DNA of 64,000 nucleotides from Prochlorococcus sp. AG-424-P23 (GTDB lineage Bacteria > Cyanobacteriota > Cyanobacteriia > PCC-6307 > Cyanobiaceae), in NCBI GenBank assembly GCA_003210135.1, contig QCNK01000005.1:9683-73682 (forward strand), in the 5' to 3' direction. Below the pieces are notes generated by a model. It saw only the letters and a program-made list of their open reading frames with translations, was not told the origin of the DNA and did not search any database. Shown in pieces: positions 9,398 through 20,101 of this stretch. Position numbers and translations under genes: made by a program. Within the stretch, counting starts at the first letter, position 1; each line of letters starts with the position of its first letter.

Positions 9398-9457
9398 GCT
9401 TAAGTCCCCGTTCCATGGCTTAAGTCGATTTGCGGCTTGCTATACGCAAGTTGAACG
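9398..9457 (-). ncRNA. Glutamine-II (Downstream-peptide) riboswitch, Yfr6-like leader
   Basis: Minus strand CGTTCAACTTGC-GTATA-GCAAGCCGCAAATCGACTTAAGCCATGGAACGGGGACTTAAGC matches the recalled motif (CGUUCA...CCAUGGAACGGGGAC), just upstream of the DUF4278 ATG. Confidence 0.85.
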
Positions 9458-9685
9458 TTTTGGTAGCGGTTGCTACATAATTAAATTAGCATCTTAGGAA
9501 TTCATTTGTCTAGGTTTTTAATAAATAAACTTAATATTTGAATTATGAAATAGGGCTTTACTAAAAAATATTTATGTTTATCCTTATGCATTTTCTTGCA
9601 GGTTACATTTTGTTCGTTTTTAAGAAGTATTTTTTATTTAATGAACTTTTAAATGTAAAATTCTTAAGATTATAAAATTTGTTTT

Positions 9686-9880
9686 ATGTTTTCTAGAAGC
9701 AAAAAACCTACAGTAAAAAAATCTGCGATAGTTGATGAGACTCCATTATTTGCTCAATTACTTCCTTTCGCAAACAGAATGAATGATAAGGTTCAATTGG
9801 TAAATGCTCTGGCTTTTACTTTTATTATGGGATTCTCAATTTTTGGGATTGCTTTATGGAAACTCTCAGGGCTGACCTAA
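9686..9880 (+). CDS. Small membrane protein (64 aa)
   Basis: ATG ORF with C-terminal TM helix. Confidence 0.6.
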   Translation: MFSRSKKPTVKKSAIVDETPLFAQLLPFANRMNDKVQLVNALAFTFIMGFSIFGIALWKLSGLT

Positions 9881-10143
9881 TTATTTAGTTTTTGCAAAGT
9901 ATCAATTTTCGATTCTTTGTTCTTAATAATTGTTATTAACCATTTAGAGGCAAGTCCTCTGGATATTGATCTGTTCTTAAGTAATCTACATATATAGATA
10001 TGTAGATTTTTTTCATTTCTAGAGTTAAATTTTTTTTCAAAGTCTAATATATCCTCTTCTGATGTTCTTTTTCTTAGCTCATCTACTAGGGCATTACTAG
10101 AGGAATCATTAAATAAATTCCCAATATTTAAACTTAATGTCAT
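9877..10143 (-). CDS. Hypothetical protein (88 aa)
   Basis: ATG ORF downstream of nrdJ. Confidence 0.62.
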   Translation of the reverse strand: MTLSLNIGNLFNDSSSNALVDELRKRTSEEDILDFEKKFNSRNEKNLHIYICRLLKNRSISRGLASKWLITIIKNKESKIDTLQKLNN

Positions 10144-10231
10144 AAATAATTTATGTTCCTACTTAAGAGGTAGCCATAAATTAAATTTTTAAAAACTAAT
10201 TTATATTTTTTATTTACAAATAATTTAATAT

Positions 10232-12565
10232 TTAATCCTTCGGCTTGGCTAGAGGAAGCAGACACTTATCCGAATCACAACCAGCTGGACCTGCTTCAGA
10301 TAGTTCTCCAACATCATATTTGTTCAGAGCATTAAAGAAATCGTTATTAACTTTCCTTTCTATTACTTTATTTTGCAGTGATATATATTCTTCTTTACTT
10401 ATTGGTTCAAAGGGTAATCTCGGGAAAGTAGCGTTGGCACTAAATCTAGCAAGTAATGCCGCCGAAATATATCCTTCATTATTTTCTATTGCATTATGAA
10501 TAGCCTTAGCTAAATCCTTGATTTCATTTTCTCTAAATTCTATGGTTGCAGAGGTATTATGCTCTGTATAGAATTTCTGAACTTGCATATAAAAATCAAA
10601 TTGAGCTAATGCAGAGAAATTATTGATGTCAATTTGGTCTGCACCATCTATATTTGCCCAGCTCACTTCTGTTGGGATTTCAACTAACCATTCTGTACAT
10701 CTTGGATCAAATGGATTGTCAAGCAAACAGCCATCTTCATCTTTGTCTGATTGAGATGGAACAACCGAGTAACCATAATCCATGCAAGCTAAAGCAATTG
10801 GATCATTTTTTCTGAAAGTTATTCTTCTTATGAATCTTTGAGCCTTTGGAGGATGCCAGCCTGGAGCTGCTCCAGTTAAAAGACTTTTAGTCCCAGCTGG
10901 TTGGACTGTTGTACATCTGTTTGGCCTTCTTAGATTATGTTTATCACAATATTCCCAGACAGTTTCTTTGACTATTTTTCTCCAAGAATCTAGAAATTTA
11001 GCTTCCTCCTCTTTGAAAGCTTTCCCCTCTTCGCTATCGGGCCTGCCTGACTCCCACCACTTCAACCATGGAGTACCAAAGGCATGAACGCAGAAATCAA
11101 ATAATCCAGTGAAACTGACACCTACGATGGGATCGTATTCTCTACTTTTTCTATAACGCTCAACTTCAAATTCATGATTAAGTAGGCATGCTACTGAAAG
11201 AGCTGCTGCTTTAAATGCCTTTTCTTGCTCTTCAAAATTTTTGGGATCTATCTGATTTAAGTGTACTTCAGCTAAATTGCAGTGAAAATCGTTTCCTAAG
11301 ATCTCTCCACAAGGATTAAGTCCATATCTGCTCATTCTATGATTTAATTCTTCTTCAGGAAATGGTCCATAACTAGTGTTTATCCAATCTCTTGCTTCAT
11401 TTTTCCCTTGCTCTGAGTAAATTTCAATAAATTCCTTTCTCAATTCATCATCTTTAAGAATGTCTGCATTTGATCTTGCTATCGCTTCTGGAGCAAATTG
11501 AATAGCTCCCTCTCCTGAATGGAATTGTTTTGTGACAGCATCTAAAATTGTTTGATAAGAGGGTTTAGTGTGGTAAACCCTTGTATGATTTGCCATTCTT
11601 AGAGCATCTTTTTCAGGATCTATTCTCCAATTACCTTTCTCATCTTGACTCCAAAGATTTTCTTTAGCAGATGCCGCCTCCTTATCATCTGAAGCAAATT
11701 GTCTCATTCCAGCACTTCTTCTTATATTTCCAGCAACTATGGTTACGGCAGCTTCGTCAATTAATAAACAACACTCAACTGTACTTAATTTTCTGCCAAT
11801 CGCCTTTCCTAGAAGAGAAGAAACTCTTGAGTAGAGATCTTTCAATTTAATAGGATTTGCCATTCCACCAAAACCTTTTAAAGACTCTCCAGCAGGTCTA
11901 ATATCTTCCAGATTTATATAGACATCAATTTCTTTTTCAAGACTTTCGTTACTTGATGCCTCAAGAAGATATTTATAGCTATCTACCCAGCCTCTTCTGC
12001 TATCTCCAACTTTTATGTAAAGATCTTTTCCTCTTATTTCTAATGATGATTTTTCTTCTCTTTGATCTTTGGGAGTTATTCCAACTTCAGTAACTGATTT
12101 AATGTTTATTTTGTTTATTACAGTAGGTAAATTGTCTATAAAATGAGGCTCAATTATTGCACCTGTTCCACACCCCATCATTGCCAAGTCCATCATCAAA
12201 GCGAATGCTTCCCAATCAATTAAGTTTGTTGAAGTACAATTGTATGCTCCTGAGAAATTTTGGTTTTTATTAATCCAAGGAGTTCCGCCAATCCATAACC
12301 ATCTACCTGAAGGTTGAGCTTTTTGGTTACTTTGCATCTCTCTCATTAGGATCAATTCTTCATCAGAAAGTTTTCCTAATTCTTTTAAGCCTGATAAATT
12401 TCTTTCACCTACTTCGCTCCAGTTTTCCCTTCTTCCAGAGGAAGTTTTCCTACTGTAAGATCTAAAAAAAACAGGATAAGCAGCAGGAGCAGTCTTTGGA
12501 AAATCATCTTTTTTGAGATTATTGGAATTGCTCTCTGAAGAAGCTTTATTTGGTGCAACAGTCAC
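10232..12565 (-). CDS. nrdJ: Class II (B12-dependent) ribonucleoside-triphosphate reductase
   Basis: GLNPCGEI catalytic loop, TTVQPAGTKS, C-terminal GCDSDKC; start moved to the in-frame GTG at 12565 (VTVAPNK). Confidence 0.95.
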   Translation of the reverse strand: MTVAPNKASSESNSNNLKKDDFPKTAPAAYPVFFRSYSRKTSSGRRENWSEVGERNLSGLKELGKLSDEELILMREMQSNQKAQPSGRWLWIGGTPWINKNQNFSGAYNCTSTNLIDWEAFALMMDLAMMGCGTGAIIEPHFIDNLPTVINKINIKSVTEVGITPKDQREEKSSLEIRGKDLYIKVGDSRRGWVDSYKYLLEASSNESLEKEIDVYINLEDIRPAGESLKGFGGMANPIKLKDLYSRVSSLLGKAIGRKLSTVECCLLIDEAAVTIVAGNIRRSAGMRQFASDDKEAASAKENLWSQDEKGNWRIDPEKDALRMANHTRVYHTKPSYQTILDAVTKQFHSGEGAIQFAPEAIARSNADILKDDELRKEFIEIYSEQGKNEARDWINTSYGPFPEEELNHRMSRYGLNPCGEILGNDFHCNLAEVHLNQIDPKNFEEQEKAFKAAALSVACLLNHEFEVERYRKSREYDPIVGVSFTGLFDFCVHAFGTPWLKWWESGRPDSEEGKAFKEEEAKFLDSWRKIVKETVWEYCDKHNLRRPNRCTTVQPAGTKSLLTGAAPGWHPPKAQRFIRRITFRKNDPIALACMDYGYSVVPSQSDKDEDGCLLDNPFDPRCTEWLVEIPTEVSWANIDGADQIDINNFSALAQFDFYMQVQKFYTEHNTSATIEFRENEIKDLAKAIHNAIENNEGYISAALLARFSANATFPRLPFEPISKEEYISLQNKVIERKVNNDFFNALNKYDVGELSEAGPAGCDSDKCLLPLAKPKD

Positions 12566-12606
12566 GATAAAAAAATTGTATGTAAATAACCCGTACTGGA
12601 AGAATA

Positions 12607-12653
12607 ACTCTACCTGTGGCGTCTGCAACTATTCTTACCACTATTTAACGGTT
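12607..12653. promoter_or_regulatory. Tandem NrdR-box-like sites upstream of nrdJ
   Basis: ACTCTACCTGTGGCGT (12607) and CCACTATTTAACGGTT (12638), 31 bp apart; partial match to acaCwAtATaTwGtgt. Confidence 0.4.
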
Positions 12654-12698
12654 TGTGTAGAATTATGTTTAATATGAAATCTTTGTTTAAGAAATAAT

Positions 12699-13394
12699 AT
12701 GGAAAGAATCCCTGAACCTGAATTAATGGAAAAAAAGGAACAGGTCATTTCTTATGACGAAGCAGATTTTTCAGAAGGAGAAATTACTCTAATAAATCAA
12801 ATAAATCATTATCTTTTGGAAAAAAATATTTCTTTAAGTGAAAAAGATTTAATAGTTGATTTAGGGTGTGGCCCAGGAAATATTTCTGAGAAGTTAGCAA
12901 TAAGATGGCCTAATACTGAAGTGGTTGGGATAGATGGTTCTAAAGAGATGATCTTAAGAGCAGAACATAACAAAGAAATTTCTAACAATAAAAAAAATTT
13001 AAAAAATTTACGCTACATCTGTGCCGACATCAAAGACATTAAATCAACTAATTTTTTACTTAAGAAAAAAATAAGTTTACTTGTAAGTAATAGTTTAATT
13101 CATCACATTACCCATCTTGAAGATTTCTTCAATACCATAAGAAGTCTGTCTAGTAGTAGCACTGTAAATTTTCATAAGGACTTAAAAAGGCCATTAGATG
13201 AAAAGTGTGCTTTAGAATTAAAAGAACAATGTTCAACTAAATATAATGAAATTTTGACCAATGATTATTATGCATCTTTAAGAGCTTCTTATACTTTTAA
13301 AGAGTTAAAAAATTTCACCTCAGATAATGATCTATCTTCATTAGATGTATTTGAAGACGGTGATAAATATTTAATAGTTTATGGTAATGTTTAA
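12699..13394 (+). CDS. Class I SAM-dependent methyltransferase
   Basis: VDLGCGPG, GIDGSKEMI, SNSLIHH. Confidence 0.85.
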   Translation: MERIPEPELMEKKEQVISYDEADFSEGEITLINQINHYLLEKNISLSEKDLIVDLGCGPGNISEKLAIRWPNTEVVGIDGSKEMILRAEHNKEISNNKKNLKNLRYICADIKDIKSTNFLLKKKISLLVSNSLIHHITHLEDFFNTIRSLSSSSTVNFHKDLKRPLDEKCALELKEQCSTKYNEILTNDYYASLRASYTFKELKNFTSDNDLSSLDVFEDGDKYLIVYGNV

Positions 13395-13425
13395 GAACTA
13401 GGTGAAAGGCCCTTAAGAAAGATAA

Positions 13426-15063
13426 ATGAGCTTAGATACTAAAACTCTAAATAATAAAGATATTCTGGATGCGGTAAATAAAAGAAGAAATTTTGCCATT
13501 ATTTCACATCCGGACGCTGGGAAAACGACTCTTACTGAAAAGCTTCTTTTATATGGAGGTGCCATTCAACAAGCAGGAGCTGTAAAAGCTAGGGGTAATC
13601 AGAGAAAAGCCACTTCAGACTGGATGGAACTGGAAAAACAAAGAGGTATTTCAATTACATCCACCGTATTGCAATTTGAATATGAAAGATCAGTAATCAA
13701 TCTATTAGATACACCAGGTCACCAAGATTTCTCTGAGGATACTTATAGAACGTTGGCTGCTGCTGATAATGCAGTAATGTTAGAAGATGCTGCTAAAGGA
13801 CTAGAACCTCAAACTAGAAAACTGTTTGAAGTTTGCAAGATGCGGAAAATACCAATATTTACTTTTATAAATAAAATGGATAGACCAGGAAGAGAACCAT
13901 TTTCTCTACTTGATGAAATTGAATCAGAACTTGGATTAAATACTTTACCAATAAACTGGCCTATTGGGAGTGGTGAGGAATTTAGAGGAGTTATTGATAG
14001 ATTTTCGAGAGAGGTGATTTTATTTGATAAAGCTATAAGAGGGAAACAATCTAATGAGAAAAGATTAAGCCTTGATGATAAGGAACTATCAAAATATGTA
14101 GAGAGAGATTTACTTGAAAACTCACTTGAAGAATTGGAGGTTCTTGATGAGGCAGGATCAAAGTTTGAAAAAGAAAAAGTTTTTAATGGCTCTTTAACCC
14201 CAGTTTTCTTTGGATCTGCCATGACAAATTTTGGTGTAAGGCCATTTTTAGATAGTTTTTTAAAAATGGCACAAAAACCAACTTCAAGAAATAGTAATAA
14301 AGGAGATATTGAACCTGCAAGCGATGAATTTAGTGGCTTTGTTTTTAAGCTTCAGGCAAATATGGATCCAAAGCACAGAGATAGGGTCGCTTTTATAAGA
14401 GTTTGTAGTGGCAAATTTGAAAAGGATATGTCTGTTAAACATTCCAGAACTGGGAAAACAATCAGATTATCAAGACCACAAAAAATATTTGGACAAGATA
14501 GAGAAGTAGTTGATGATGCATATCCTGGAGATGTTATTGGCTTGAATAATCCAGGTATGTTTTCTATTGGAGATACTCTTTATACTGGTACTCATCTGGA
14601 GTATGAAGGTATACCATCCTTTAGTCCTGAAATATTCAGCTGGCTAAGAAATCCAAATCCCTCAGCATTTAAAAACTTTAGAAAGGGTGTGAATGAACTT
14701 CGTGAGGAGGGTGCTGTTCAAATTCTTTATGACTTTGATGAAAGCAAAAGAGACCCTATACTCGCAGCTGTTGGTCAATTGCAGTTGGAAGTAGTAACTC
14801 ATAGGCTAAAAAGTGAATATGGTGTAGATGCAAATCTTGAATCAATGCCATACCAATTGGCTAGATGGGTGTCTGATGGATGGCCAGCTATTGAAAAACT
14901 TGGTAGGATATTCAATTGTAAAATAGTTAAAGATTGTTGGAATAGGCCGGTTATTCTTTTTAAAAATGAGTGGAATCTAAATCAATTTGTTGAAGACAAT
15001 AATCAATTAAATTTAAACAAAGTTGCTCCTGTTGTTAGTGGAGTCGAACCAATTGTTTTATAA
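13426..15063 (+). CDS. prfC: Peptide chain release factor 3
   Basis: [35 protein letters not shown]. Confidence 0.97.
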   Translation: MSLDTKTLNNKDILDAVNKRRNFAIISHPDAGKTTLTEKLLLYGGAIQQAGAVKARGNQRKATSDWMELEKQRGISITSTVLQFEYERSVINLLDTPGHQDFSEDTYRTLAAADNAVMLEDAAKGLEPQTRKLFEVCKMRKIPIFTFINKMDRPGREPFSLLDEIESELGLNTLPINWPIGSGEEFRGVIDRFSREVILFDKAIRGKQSNEKRLSLDDKELSKYVERDLLENSLEELEVLDEAGSKFEKEKVFNGSLTPVFFGSAMTNFGVRPFLDSFLKMAQKPTSRNSNKGDIEPASDEFSGFVFKLQANMDPKHRDRVAFIRVCSGKFEKDMSVKHSRTGKTIRLSRPQKIFGQDREVVDDAYPGDVIGLNNPGMFSIGDTLYTGTHLEYEGIPSFSPEIFSWLRNPNPSAFKNFRKGVNELREEGAVQILYDFDESKRDPILAAVGQLQLEVVTHRLKSEYGVDANLESMPYQLARWVSDGWPAIEKLGRIFNCKIVKDCWNRPVILFKNEWNLNQFVEDNNQLNLNKVAPVVSGVEPIVL

Positions 15064-15083
15064 AGTCTTAATGGATTATAAAA

Positions 15084-15791
15084 TTGGTTAATCTGTTAGC
15101 ATTAGTAAAAAAAATTTTGGATTCAAACAGTAATAAAAACAATAACGAAAAATCACCTTATGAAATTTTAGGTGTTAAAGAAGGTGCTGCTTTTGAGGAT
15201 ATTCAGAAGGCTAGAGATATTAAAGTTAAAGAAGCTGGTGAAGATTTAATTTTAAAAGCAAAAATAGAATCCTCCTTTGATCAATTACTTATGGGGAGTT
15301 TGAAAGCCAGGCAATCAGGGAATGTAAGCTACGAAGCTGTGACTGCCTCAAAAAAAGAAAAACAAATTAATCAATTTACCAATAATAATTTCCCACTGCT
15401 TTCTAAGATAAAAAATTTAAATAATAACTCTAAGAACTCAAGTCAGTATAGCCTGCCCAAAATTACCACCCCCTCATTTGATAATCTTTCAATAAAAATA
15501 TCCGTTGGGCTATTATTTTTAATTTTGTTATTTATCAGTCCGGATTCTAATAATAGACTTTTACTTTCTATCTCAACATTAATACTTACTTATACTCAAA
15601 TTAAATCGGGGAAAAGATTTATAGGTTCTCTAGGTTGGAGTGTTACTTTTCTTTCGATAGGATTAATTTTTGGCGGATTGCTTGAAAACAATTCTTTCAT
15701 TCAGGAAGTATCGAGCAACTCTTTATCAATACAAAAAATTCAAAGTATTCCAGCTATGGTTATTTTATGGCTAGGCGTAATTTTTTTATGA
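15084..15791 (+). CDS. CPP1-like J-domain-like membrane protein
   Basis: SPYEILGV...[20 protein letters not shown]-terminal TM helices. Confidence 0.8.
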   Translation: MVNLLALVKKILDSNSNKNNNEKSPYEILGVKEGAAFEDIQKARDIKVKEAGEDLILKAKIESSFDQLLMGSLKARQSGNVSYEAVTASKKEKQINQFTNNNFPLLSKIKNLNNNSKNSSQYSLPKITTPSFDNLSIKISVGLLFLILLFISPDSNNRLLLSISTLILTYTQIKSGKRFIGSLGWSVTFLSIGLIFGGLLENNSFIQEVSSNSLSIQKIQSIPAMVILWLGVIFL

Positions 15792-16694
15792 TTGATTTTC
15801 TATCATCGATTTAATTTCTTCATAATTTATAAGATATTTATTCTTACAAAATTCACAAACCAACTCAGCTTTGCGATCTTTCTTGAGGATGTCCTCCAAC
15901 TCGCTCTTATCAAGCATTTTCATCGCATTTAAACTTCTTTGTTTGGAACACTTGCATTTAAAACTAACTTCTTGGGATCGAGCTTTTTCAGAGATTTGTT
16001 TATCGTCAATATCGGGAAATATATTTCTAATTAACGAAAGAAGATTATCTTTTGACTTAAATAGGTCTTCGCTGAAAGAATTAATTTCTTTACATCTTTC
16101 TTCAAGTAGTGAGACAAGTAGAGGGTCAGTATCTTTTTTCGGTAGAACTTGAGCTAATAAGCCACCACTACAAATAACACTTTCATTTTGAATTTTTTCT
16201 CCAATAAAAACAGCAGAGGGAGTTTGCTCTGAATGATATAAATATGAAGCTAAGTCTTCAGCAATATTTCCATTTACTAATTCAACAGTGCTTGTAAAGG
16301 GTTCTCCAAATCCACTATCTCTAATAACATTTAAATATCCAGTACCTAATGCTTTTGTAAAATCAAAAGAATATTTATTTTTCACTGTTTTGACTAGGTC
16401 TAATTCTAAATTAGGATTCCCCACATAACCCCTAACTTTTCCATCTCTACCTGCATCAACTAATAATCCTTTTAAAGGTCCGTCAGATCTAACTCTTAAA
16501 GTAACTCTCCCATGCATTATCTTCATCGAGCTTGCTAAAAGTAGTGAAGCACTAAATGCTCTCCCTAAAATACAGGTGGTCAAATAAGAAAGACCGTGTC
16601 TTTTTTTTGCTTCTAAAGAAGATTCTGTTGTTAAGACCGCAACTAATCTTATTCCTCCATTTGCTGCAGTAGCTCGAACTATCCTATCCTGCAT
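15786..16694 (-). CDS. hslO: Hsp33 redox-regulated chaperone
   Basis: CKCS...CEFC zinc motif, [19 protein letters not shown]. Confidence 0.95.
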   Translation of the reverse strand: MQDRIVRATAANGGIRLVAVLTTESSLEAKKRHGLSYLTTCILGRAFSASLLLASSMKIMHGRVTLRVRSDGPLKGLLVDAGRDGKVRGYVGNPNLELDLVKTVKNKYSFDFTKALGTGYLNVIRDSGFGEPFTSTVELVNGNIAEDLASYLYHSEQTPSAVFIGEKIQNESVICSGGLLAQVLPKKDTDPLLVSLLEERCKEINSFSEDLFKSKDNLLSLIRNIFPDIDDKQISEKARSQEVSFKCKCSKQRSLNAMKMLDKSELEDILKKDRKAELVCEFCKNKYLINYEEIKSMIENQS

Positions 16695-17331
16695 GATTTT
16701 CTTTCATAAAATTTTTGATTTTCCCTCTTTCCAAGAATAATATCCTAGAAGGAATTCCCTCAAATAAGGCAGGTTCATGAGTAACAATAATAATTGTATT
16801 TTTATTTTTCAAATCAAGAATTAAATTCTTCACATCATTTCTCATTGAATAGTCCAATCCAGCAGTTGGTTCATCAAGTAAAAGAATTGAGGGGTTTCTA
16901 AGTAGTTGAACAGCTACAGCCAATCGTCTTTGCTGTCCGCCACTTAGTTGTTCTGGTGGTTGGGTCAGATTAATTTTTTTCAAACCAACTTTATTTAAAA
17001 CTATTTCTATAGTATTTTCTCTTAAAGATTTATGGCCTATTTTTAATTCTTTCCCAATGGTTGTACCTATAAAGTATCTTTCAGGAAATTGGAATACTAC
17101 TCCACAAAACCATCTTCTTTGTCTAGGAGATAAAACTTTATTATTCCAAGAAATTTCCCCTTTTTGTGGATTTGTTAATCCGCTTATTATTTCGAGCAGT
17201 GTTGTTTTCCCAGAACCACTATTGCCGCAAATTAAAATGATTTCATTTTGATGGACTTTTAAATTTAAATTGTCTATTATTTTTCTTTCACCAGTTTGGG
17301 GTTGATAAGATATTTCTTTTAAATCAAGCAT
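16684..17331 (-). CDS. ABC transporter ATP-binding protein
   Basis: [24 protein letters not shown]. Confidence 0.9.
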   Translation of the reverse strand: MLDLKEISYQPQTGERKIIDNLNLKVHQNEIILICGNSGSGKTTLLEIISGLTNPQKGEISWNNKVLSPRQRRWFCGVVFQFPERYFIGTTIGKELKIGHKSLRENTIEIVLNKVGLKKINLTQPPEQLSGGQQRRLAVAVQLLRNPSILLLDEPTAGLDYSMRNDVKNLILDLKNKNTIIIVTHEPALFEGIPSRILFLERGKIKNFMKENHAG

Positions 17332-17414
17332 TATTAATTAAGTTATAGGTATGAATTTTAATCTAGTATTAACTTACTTATAATAGCTGTAGATCTAAAA
17401 AGCTATTAGTCAAT

Positions 17415-17858
17415 ATGAATATTATTTTTAGGGAAGTTGATCCTTTTAATTGTTGGATATGGATCAGGTTTTCAGAATCACCAACTCAAGATGAAAAAAA
17501 TTATTTAGATGGTGTTTTTGATAGTTGGTACGTTTTAGGAAGGTTAGGTGGATTTAATTCTGAAAATTTGCAAACTCATGAAGAGGGTTCCGATCTAAGT
17601 TGGATGTCCTACGATAATGACCAAAAAAACGCATCTCTTCCAGCCTTAATGCATAATTTAGGAATTATGGAATATCAAAACCTTTGGGGAAGGTGTTGGG
17701 TTGATTTTGGAACTTCAGACTCCATTTCAATAGATATATTAATTAATTCTTTGAATGAGATATCAAATAATTACGTAAAAATTGAAGAGTTAATTATTGG
17801 AGGTGAAAATAATGATTGGACAATTGAAGAACATGAAGATTTAGTTTTCAAAGATTAA
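17415..17858 (+). CDS. DUF3531 family protein
   Basis: FDSWYVLGRLGGFNSENLQ, WGRCWVDFGTSD. Confidence 0.82.
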   Translation: MNIIFREVDPFNCWIWIRFSESPTQDEKNYLDGVFDSWYVLGRLGGFNSENLQTHEEGSDLSWMSYDNDQKNASLPALMHNLGIMEYQNLWGRCWVDFGTSDSISIDILINSLNEISNNYVKIEELIIGGENNDWTIEEHEDLVFKD

Positions 17859-17867
17859 GTGTTTTAG

Positions 17868-18641
17868 ATGGAAGACTTAACAAGATTAATTATTTCCCAT
17901 GAAAGAATTGAAAATATTAAGAACAATAATTTAGAACTTTCTAAAGAAGAGGCTCATTATATAAATAAAGTAATGAGGATAAAAAATGGTAAAGAAATAT
18001 TTATAGCTAATGGAAAGGGTTCGTTATGGAAAGCTATAAAAGTTAAAAATGATTGTTTAGAAATTATTCAATTAAAAAAACCTTACTTATTTCAAGAACA
18101 AGAAATTTTTTTATTAGGCATAGCTGTTGTTATACCAAAAAGTGGTTTTGAGGATATTTTAAAAATGTGTACTGAAATAGGAATTGATTTTATACAGCCA
18201 TTATTTTCAGAAAGACAGGTAAACAAAAATTTAAATTTTTCTAAAAAACTTTTGAGATGGAATTCAATTATCAAAGAAGCAGTTGAGCAAAGTGAGAGAT
18301 TATGGAAACCATCTATTTTAAATGGCATGGATATTATTGATTGGCTAAAAAGTAGAGATAATCAAGAAAGAGTTTCAATTTCTGTAACTAGAGAAGAAAA
18401 ACTTTATGACTTAAATCAATGGTTAAGAAAACAACAAGAATTTGTAAATAAAAAAGAAGGTATTTTTTGGAATGTAATTGGCCCTGAGGGAGGTTGGTCC
18501 TCTAAAGAAATTGATTTTTTTAATAAAAATAATATTACCTTTGTTAAACTTTCAGACACTATCTTAAGAACTTCAACGGCTAGTATTAACGCATCATCAA
18601 TTCTTAATCAGTGGAGAACTGATTTGAAATTAAGGAATTAG
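17868..18641 (+). CDS. rsmE: 16S rRNA m3U1498 methyltransferase
   Basis: HYINKVMRI, EAVEQSER, IGPEGGWS, ILRTSTA. Confidence 0.92.
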   Translation: MEDLTRLIISHERIENIKNNNLELSKEEAHYINKVMRIKNGKEIFIANGKGSLWKAIKVKNDCLEIIQLKKPYLFQEQEIFLLGIAVVIPKSGFEDILKMCTEIGIDFIQPLFSERQVNKNLNFSKKLLRWNSIIKEAVEQSERLWKPSILNGMDIIDWLKSRDNQERVSISVTREEKLYDLNQWLRKQQEFVNKKEGIFWNVIGPEGGWSSKEIDFFNKNNITFVKLSDTILRTSTASINASSILNQWRTDLKLRN

Positions 18642-18647
18642 ATAAAT

Positions 18648-19391
18648 ATGGATTTAATTGGAAATCAATTTTTTATAGGTTTTTGCATTAACTTTATTTT
18701 GATTTATGTGTTTTGCAAGATTCCTTTGATGACGAAAAGTGGTTGGATAAGTGCAGGTATTTTAGGCACAATTTTGTGGGGATGTTTGTCTTGGCAGGGA
18801 TGGATGTCAGTTGTAATTTATTTATTATTTGGATCTATAGTTACCAAAATAGGTTTTAAATTTAAAAAAGAACAAGGAATAGCTGAAAAAAGAGGTGGTA
18901 GAAGAGGTCCTGAGAATGTATGGGGCTCTGCAGCTACAGGATTATTTCTTGCAATTATGACCAAATTTAATGCTGCCAACTTAGTCATGTTTAAAGTAGG
19001 TTTTGCTGCAAGTTTTGCTGCAAAGTTGGCGGATACTTTTGGCAGCGAAATTGGAAAAAGATTTGGTAAAGAAACATACTTAATTACTTCACTTAAAAAA
19101 GTGGAGAGAGGAACTGAAGGAGGAATAAGCATAGAAGGAACATTAGCTAGTGTTTTGGGATCAATATTTATGACTTTTATAATGCTCCGCTTATCAATTA
19201 TTTCTACAAAATATCATTTTATAGTTGTTGTAGTTTCTGGATTCTTGGCAACACTTTCTGAAAGTATTATTGGTGCTAAATTTCAAAACAAATATAAATT
19301 AAGTAATGAATTGGTAAATGCTATTCAGACAAGTATCGCTTCTGTTATAGCTATCTTTGCTATTGTTTTATATTCAAATTTTTTAAATTAA
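18648..19391 (+). CDS. TIGR00297/DUF92 membrane protein
   Basis: RRGPENVWGS, ADTFGSEIG, GTEGGISIEGT. Confidence 0.88.
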   Translation: MDLIGNQFFIGFCINFILIYVFCKIPLMTKSGWISAGILGTILWGCLSWQGWMSVVIYLLFGSIVTKIGFKFKKEQGIAEKRGGRRGPENVWGSAATGLFLAIMTKFNAANLVMFKVGFAASFAAKLADTFGSEIGKRFGKETYLITSLKKVERGTEGGISIEGTLASVLGSIFMTFIMLRLSIISTKYHFIVVVVSGFLATLSESIIGAKFQNKYKLSNELVNAIQTSIASVIAIFAIVLYSNFLN

Positions 19392-19407
19392 AAATATTTG
19401 GAAAGAC

Positions 19408-20052
19408 CTAGGATTCCTTCCATTTTGTAAGAATCTCCCAGCTCTTCAGTCTTTGGAAAAGCCAGAAATGTCCTTGGGAATTAAGGTGAATCCCATCATG
19501 TGTAATCCAATTTTTACTTCTTTTATCAGAGTACATTTCTCTAAAAGTAGGAAGAAATGGGACATTCTGATTTAGACATACTTCCTCCATTCTCCTTTCA
19601 TAAGAATTACAAAAATCATTTAAGTACCATAGACATCCTGCGAAAGGCATTTTGCTTTCGTCAACAGGTGTCAGACCAATAACAAAGACATTTGTTTGAG
19701 AGCTCATTGCATTAATTAGCCTCTCTAATCCATATTCAAATCCATCTATATCTAATTGATGTCTTCCATTTATCTGACCAATTGCTGCAGTGTCGTTAAG
19801 ACCTACATTTAGTAGGATTGCTTTAGGTTTATTTCTTCTCGTTTCTCCTCTAGATGACCATTCTTTTTCCCATCTAGATGAAACTTTTTCTATCCCATCT
19901 CCCCTAACGCCAAGTTGATAAATAACTGGCCCATTGTGGTTATTGCACCAATCTTTTCTAAGCCTCTCACACCATCCACCACCCTCATTATCTCCCCATC
20001 CATAAACTGAGCTATCTCCAATTACAACTAGTTGTTTTGGTAAACTAATCAC
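19408..20052 (-). CDS. GDSL/SGNH hydrolase
   Basis: IGDSSVYG, GLND, DGIH. Confidence 0.88.
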   Translation of the reverse strand: MISLPKQLVVIGDSSVYGWGDNEGGGWCERLRKDWCNNHNGPVIYQLGVRGDGIEKVSSRWEKEWSSRGETRRNKPKAILLNVGLNDTAAIGQINGRHQLDIDGFEYGLERLINAMSSQTNVFVIGLTPVDESKMPFAGCLWYLNDFCNSYERRMEEVCLNQNVPFLPTFREMYSDKRSKNWITHDGIHLNSQGHFWLFQRLKSWEILTKWKES

Positions 20053-20101
20053 TATAAACGGAAAAAAATAATTACTTGATTTAACAAATTATTCTTACAA
20101 A

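Noticed and set aside
12566-12628. N-terminal 21 codons of the called nrdJ ORF
   Set aside because: Overlap candidate operator and promoter DNA; the in-frame GTG at 12565 is the more plausible start.
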